From: a virus
DNA length: 64,000 nt
Virus record (IMG/VR): IMGVR_UViG_3300044619_001118
Span: 10,284-74,283 of that record
Direction: 5' to 3' (one strand)
This document shows positions 61,001 through 64,000 of this stretch, piece by piece. Position 1 is the stretch's first letter. Each line of letters opens with the position of its first letter. Position numbers and translations under genes: made by a program. The notes beneath the pieces are model-generated. The model did no database searches. It was given only the letters and a program-made list of their open reading frames with translations, and was not told the origin of the DNA.

Positions 61001-61171
61001 ATGAATGAGGTAATAGACGAAATAGTGAATGAATGGTCAAAAAGAATACCGTCTGGTATAATCGATATGAACAATCAAAATCATTTAGAAGAACTATTTC
61101 GTGTTATGGAGAGTTACATTGGAGACACGCAAATCATTCAGGAGTGGATAGATAATATGAAGAGGTTCTAA
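61001..61171 (+). CDS. Small hypothetical protein, 56 aa (absent from the ORF track)
   Basis: MNEVIDEIVNEWSKRIPSGIIDMNNQNHLEEL... AGGTG RBS, late motif at 60962-60970. Confidence 0.6.
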   Translation: MNEVIDEIVNEWSKRIPSGIIDMNNQNHLEELFRVMESYIGDTQIIQEWIDNMKRF

Positions 61172-61198
61172 TTTTGTATTACAAATGAGAGAGAGGTA

Positions 61199-61588
61199 TT
61201 GAAGACACAATTGGTATGTACGTTCGTAAAAAAGCATCAGATAGAAAATACAATAGATGATATAGTTGATAACTTTTCGGTATTAAATAATAAAGTATTC
61301 TTACTGAGGTCAACCACAGTTCAGAATGAACTTATATTATCATATAATGTTATATTGGATTCACACAAAAACTTTTTACCTGGCTCGATACTCGTTCATC
61401 GTAAAAAAGAAACAAATACAATTTACACGATTAATGCACTGAACGAGTTGATTATGAATTTAAACAATGGTGTCCTTGATAAATCATTCCCAATAGAATG
61501 GGATAGATACAAAGACACGATGTTGTTGAAAAAACCAGATGGTCTTAAAACCTTGCAAATAGAAGTAGTTAAGGTCTATTCCATATAA
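61199..61588 (+). CDS. Hypothetical protein
   Basis: TTG start with GAGG. QLVCTF...VHRKKETNTIYTINALN. Confidence 0.7.
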   Translation: MKTQLVCTFVKKHQIENTIDDIVDNFSVLNNKVFLLRSTTVQNELILSYNVILDSHKNFLPGSILVHRKKETNTIYTINALNELIMNLNNGVLDKSFPIEWDRYKDTMLLKKPDGLKTLQIEVVKVYSI

Positions 61589-61591
61589 AAT

Positions 61592-61620
61592 TTGGAATTG
61601 TCAGATATTTATTGTATATT
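61592..61620 (+). promoter_or_regulatory. Sigma70-like promoter TTGGAA-N17-TATATT with a late motif inside the spacer
   Basis: 17-nt spacer contains ATATTTATT at 61605-61613. Confidence 0.5.
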
Positions 61621-61636
61621 GGATAATGGAAATAAT

Positions 61637-61963
61637 ATGAAAATGGATAAATACGATAGTCTTATAGAAGAAACAAATTCTCTTTTAAAGTATATGAAAG
61701 AAAATTTCAACGTCGTCACCGAGGGTGAGGGTATTGATAATCTATTCAATGATTTAAAAGGTAAATTGCCGAACATATCAATGTTGCCAAACAACACAAT
61801 CAATGCCGGCAAATATCAAGAACACCAAATAGTTGATGTATTGAAAACACTTGGATATGAATACAAAAAACCTATGGGTAATAAACTCCATTTCTTCAAT
61901 AAGAAAACAAGTATAAGTATTTACATCGGCCAACAGAATAGATACATAACACTTCAACCGTAA
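61637..61963 (+). CDS. Hypothetical protein
   Basis: First ATG in frame. The ORF-track TTG start overlaps the promoter. Confidence 0.55.
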   Translation: MKMDKYDSLIEETNSLLKYMKENFNVVTEGEGIDNLFNDLKGKLPNISMLPNNTINAGKYQEHQIVDVLKTLGYEYKKPMGNKLHFFNKKTSISIYIGQQNRYITLQP

Positions 61964-61976
61964 TTTGGGGAATACA

Positions 61977-62648
61977 ATGAGTAATAAGAGAATGAAAATT
62001 AACGAAGATATTGCAGATACAATAGCTGCACCATTACGATATGCTGCATTTATTGATGCCGGTTCTTATGTTACTCGTGGTAACGGAATGTTAACGATGA
62101 TATTCCCAGAATTAGGCCCAGCTCAAATTTCAAAATGGTTTAGACAACTTGGAAGAACAGAGACATTTAAGAAGAATGAAAATGAATTCAAAAGTATTTC
62201 TTCTCGTTTTTCTTCAAGTCCTGCCCTTAAAGGACTTTATGTTACCTTGAAAAATTTGAAGAAGAAAGAAGTATCGGATGAAAATAAAGAATCACACGAA
62301 AGTGATTTACAACTCGTGATTAATAAGATTGGCAAGATAATCAGTAGTAAACTAACAGAAGAAGATTCTGCTTTATTTGATGCGGTATCTGCTGAATTAG
62401 ATGCAATATCCGAAACTATTGCTGCAAAGATAGATGGTTCCGTGGTATCAACTGAACCTGAAGAAAAACCTGAAGAACCAACGGAAGAACCAGCAGAAGA
62501 ACCTTCTGACGAAGAAACATCGGAACCTGAAGCCGATGATACAACGTCGGAGCCAACAGAGGATGATAAAAAAACATCAGAGTCACTTCAACGACGTGTC
62601 AAAAATATTGTTAGAGAAATTTTAAGAAAATCTGTAACCAAAAAGTAA
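61977..62648 (+). CDS. Hypothetical protein with acidic Pro/Glu linker
   Basis: EEP repeats, C-terminal VKNIVREIL helix. Confidence 0.6.
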   Translation: MSNKRMKINEDIADTIAAPLRYAAFIDAGSYVTRGNGMLTMIFPELGPAQISKWFRQLGRTETFKKNENEFKSISSRFSSSPALKGLYVTLKNLKKKEVSDENKESHESDLQLVINKIGKIISSKLTEEDSALFDAVSAELDAISETIAAKIDGSVVSTEPEEKPEEPTEEPAEEPSDEETSEPEADDTTSEPTEDDKKTSESLQRRVKNIVREILRKSVTKK

Positions 62649-62691
62649 TTGGTGGGTTCTTGATATACAACCATTTACAAAAGGAGTTTTT

Positions 62692-63309
62692 ATGAAGACA
62701 ATGTTACTTTCGATTATTACTGTTATTGGTCTTGTATCGGTTGCAGGTTGTTCAAACACAGAGACTGGCCCAACAGAACCGAACGCAATTTATACAACGA
62801 TGGTTGCTAATCCAGATGGAACGGTATCAGAACAAGTGATAGAAAGACCAAAGCCAGATAATGGTAAGAAGGTTGAGTCGAGTCCATTCGTTGACCTTCT
62901 TCGTCTTTTAAATCTTACACCAGAACAAAGACCATTTGTAGAAAGATTACTTAGACAACATAAACAATGCACACAATCTTGTATCGAAACACTCAAGACA
63001 GCTGAACGTGAAATTCTCATGAACGCAAGAATTGAAGAAAAGAAAATTAAGGATGGAGTAAAAGCCGGTACAATCACAAAAGAAGTCGCAAGACGTGAAT
63101 TGGCGCAACTCAAACAATCAACTCAAGAAAAACTAAAAGCACTTCCAAAAGATAAGGTTCGTGAATGTCTACAAGGGTGTGATACACAATTCCTAAATTC
63201 ACTCAAAGAAATTCTTACACCTGAACAGAAGATTATACTTGAAAAGTGGATTGCCTCTCGTCAAAAGAGAGGAACCACAGACGATAAGAATCCAAAGGGT
63301 CGGGGTTAA
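62692..63309 (+). CDS. Lipoprotein, Spy/CpxP-like (two LTPEQ motifs)
   Basis: Signal peptide with lipobox VAG-C, LNLTPEQ and ILTPEQ, AAGGAG RBS. Confidence 0.65.
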   Translation: MKTMLLSIITVIGLVSVAGCSNTETGPTEPNAIYTTMVANPDGTVSEQVIERPKPDNGKKVESSPFVDLLRLLNLTPEQRPFVERLLRQHKQCTQSCIETLKTAEREILMNARIEEKKIKDGVKAGTITKEVARRELAQLKQSTQEKLKALPKDKVRECLQGCDTQFLNSLKEILTPEQKIILEKWIASRQKRGTTDDKNPKGRG

Positions 63310-63333
63310 TTCCCTGACCCTTTTGGGTTTTTT
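63294..63333 (+). terminator. Rho-independent terminator overlapping the stop codon
   Basis: AAAGGGTCGGGG-TTAATT-CCCTGACCCTTT followed by a T-rich tail. Confidence 0.8.
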
Positions 63334-63344
63334 ATCAACACCTA

Positions 63345-63373
63345 TTGACTTTTAACATTTAATTTCGTATATT
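63345..63373 (+). promoter_or_regulatory. Sigma70-like promoter TTGACT-N17-TATATT
   Basis: Near-consensus -35 and -10 upstream of the SSB gene. Confidence 0.75.
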
Positions 63374-63445
63374 AGTATTTCAAATTAACAATTGACCTGA
63401 TAAATATCAGTTCACAATTATCATTTAACTTTTAGGAGTACCATC

Positions 63446-64000
63446 ATGGCAATCAATCTTGATGCTATCAAAAACCGTTTGAACAATCTGAAGAACGCGA
63501 ATAACCGCACTTCAAACATTTGGAAGCCAGAACCTGGCGAACACCAAATCCGAATTGTTCCGTATATCCACAACCGAGAAAATCCTTTCATCGAGTTGTT
63601 CTTCCATTACAATTTTGCAAACAAGAAGTCAATCCTCTCACCTGTATCATTTGGTCGTCCTGACCCAATTGCTGCTTTTGGAGAAAAGTTGAAGCAACAA
63701 GGTGACAAGGAAAGTTGGTTGATGGGACGTGGTTTGGAACCAAAGATGCGCACTTATGTCCCTATTCTCGTTCGTGGTCAAGAACATGAAGGTGTGAAGT
63801 TTTGGGGATTCGGAAAGGGTCTTTATCAAGAACTTCTTGGTTTTATCGCAGACCCTGACTACGGTGACATTACAGACTTGAAGGAAGGTCGTGATGTTGT
63901 AGTAACTGTAAAGTCGGCAGAAGAAGCCGGTAAGCAATATGCAGAAACAACAATCCGTATCAAGCCAAAGCAAACACCAGCAACAGAAAACGCAGACGTT
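63446..64000 (+). CDS. Single-stranded DNA-binding protein (T4 gp32-like), 3'-truncated (absent from the ORF track)
   Basis: AGGAG RBS. MAINLDAIKNRL...WKPEPG.HQIRIVP...PFIELFFHY...DPI...VKFWGFGK..YQ.LL....DPDYGDITD..EGRD. Confidence 0.85.
   Translation, partial: MAINLDAIKNRLNNLKNANNRTSNIWKPEPGEHQIRIVPYIHNRENPFIELFFHYNFANKKSILSPVSFGRPDPIAAFGEKLKQQGDKESWLMGRGLEPKMRTYVPILVRGQEHEGVKFWGFGKGLYQELLGFIADPDYGDITDLKEGRDVVVTVKSAEEAGKQYAETTIRIKPKQTPATENADV

Noticed and set aside
63647-63973. Minus-strand 108-aa ORF and other short minus-strand ORFs across the window
   Set aside because: Antisense to well-supported + strand genes (here the SSB), with no recognisable motifs.
1-64000. Stop-codon reassignment, as seen in some large phages
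   Set aside because: Core genes are intact in the standard code, and TAA, TAG and TGA all terminate genes at expected positions.
1-64000. tRNA, rRNA, integrase or transposase
   Set aside because: Intergenic gaps are short and AT-rich and I saw no cloverleaf or recombinase motif. A tRNAscan-SE/Infernal run would be needed to exclude RNA genes fully.

Overview
AT-rich segment of a large T4-like (myovirus or jumbo-type) dsDNA phage, with essentially all credible genes on the + strand. Order: (1) a fibre and glycosylation locus (1-21.2 kb) with a multidomain GT4/methyltransferase/AAH-TibC-type heptosyltransferase, Ser/Thr/Gly-rich fibre proteins carrying about 620 residues of (S-G-T/S)n repeat, two paralogous cassette-like proteins, a 35-repeat RCC1 protein, a GT9/GT-A/methyltransferase operon and a fibre assembly chaperone; (2) head module (terminase, portal, prohead protease, ribosomal protein bS21, an R-S-E ADP-ribosyltransferase, scaffold, major capsid); (3) holin-like gene, PhoH, neck, sheath, tube, tail chaperone with a probable +1/-2 frameshift, tape measure and baseplate; (4) start of the replication region (compact PolA-like gene, Spy/CpxP-like lipoprotein, gp32-like SSB cut by the window end). 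Two promoter classes are visible: an ATATTTATW motif in about 18 intergenic gaps, and three TTGnnn-N17-TATATT sigma70-like sites. I saw no tRNA, rRNA, CRISPR array or mobile element. The best candidate for a new system is phage-encoded O-glycosylation of the virion. All family assignments come from recognising motifs by eye; no database searches were run.
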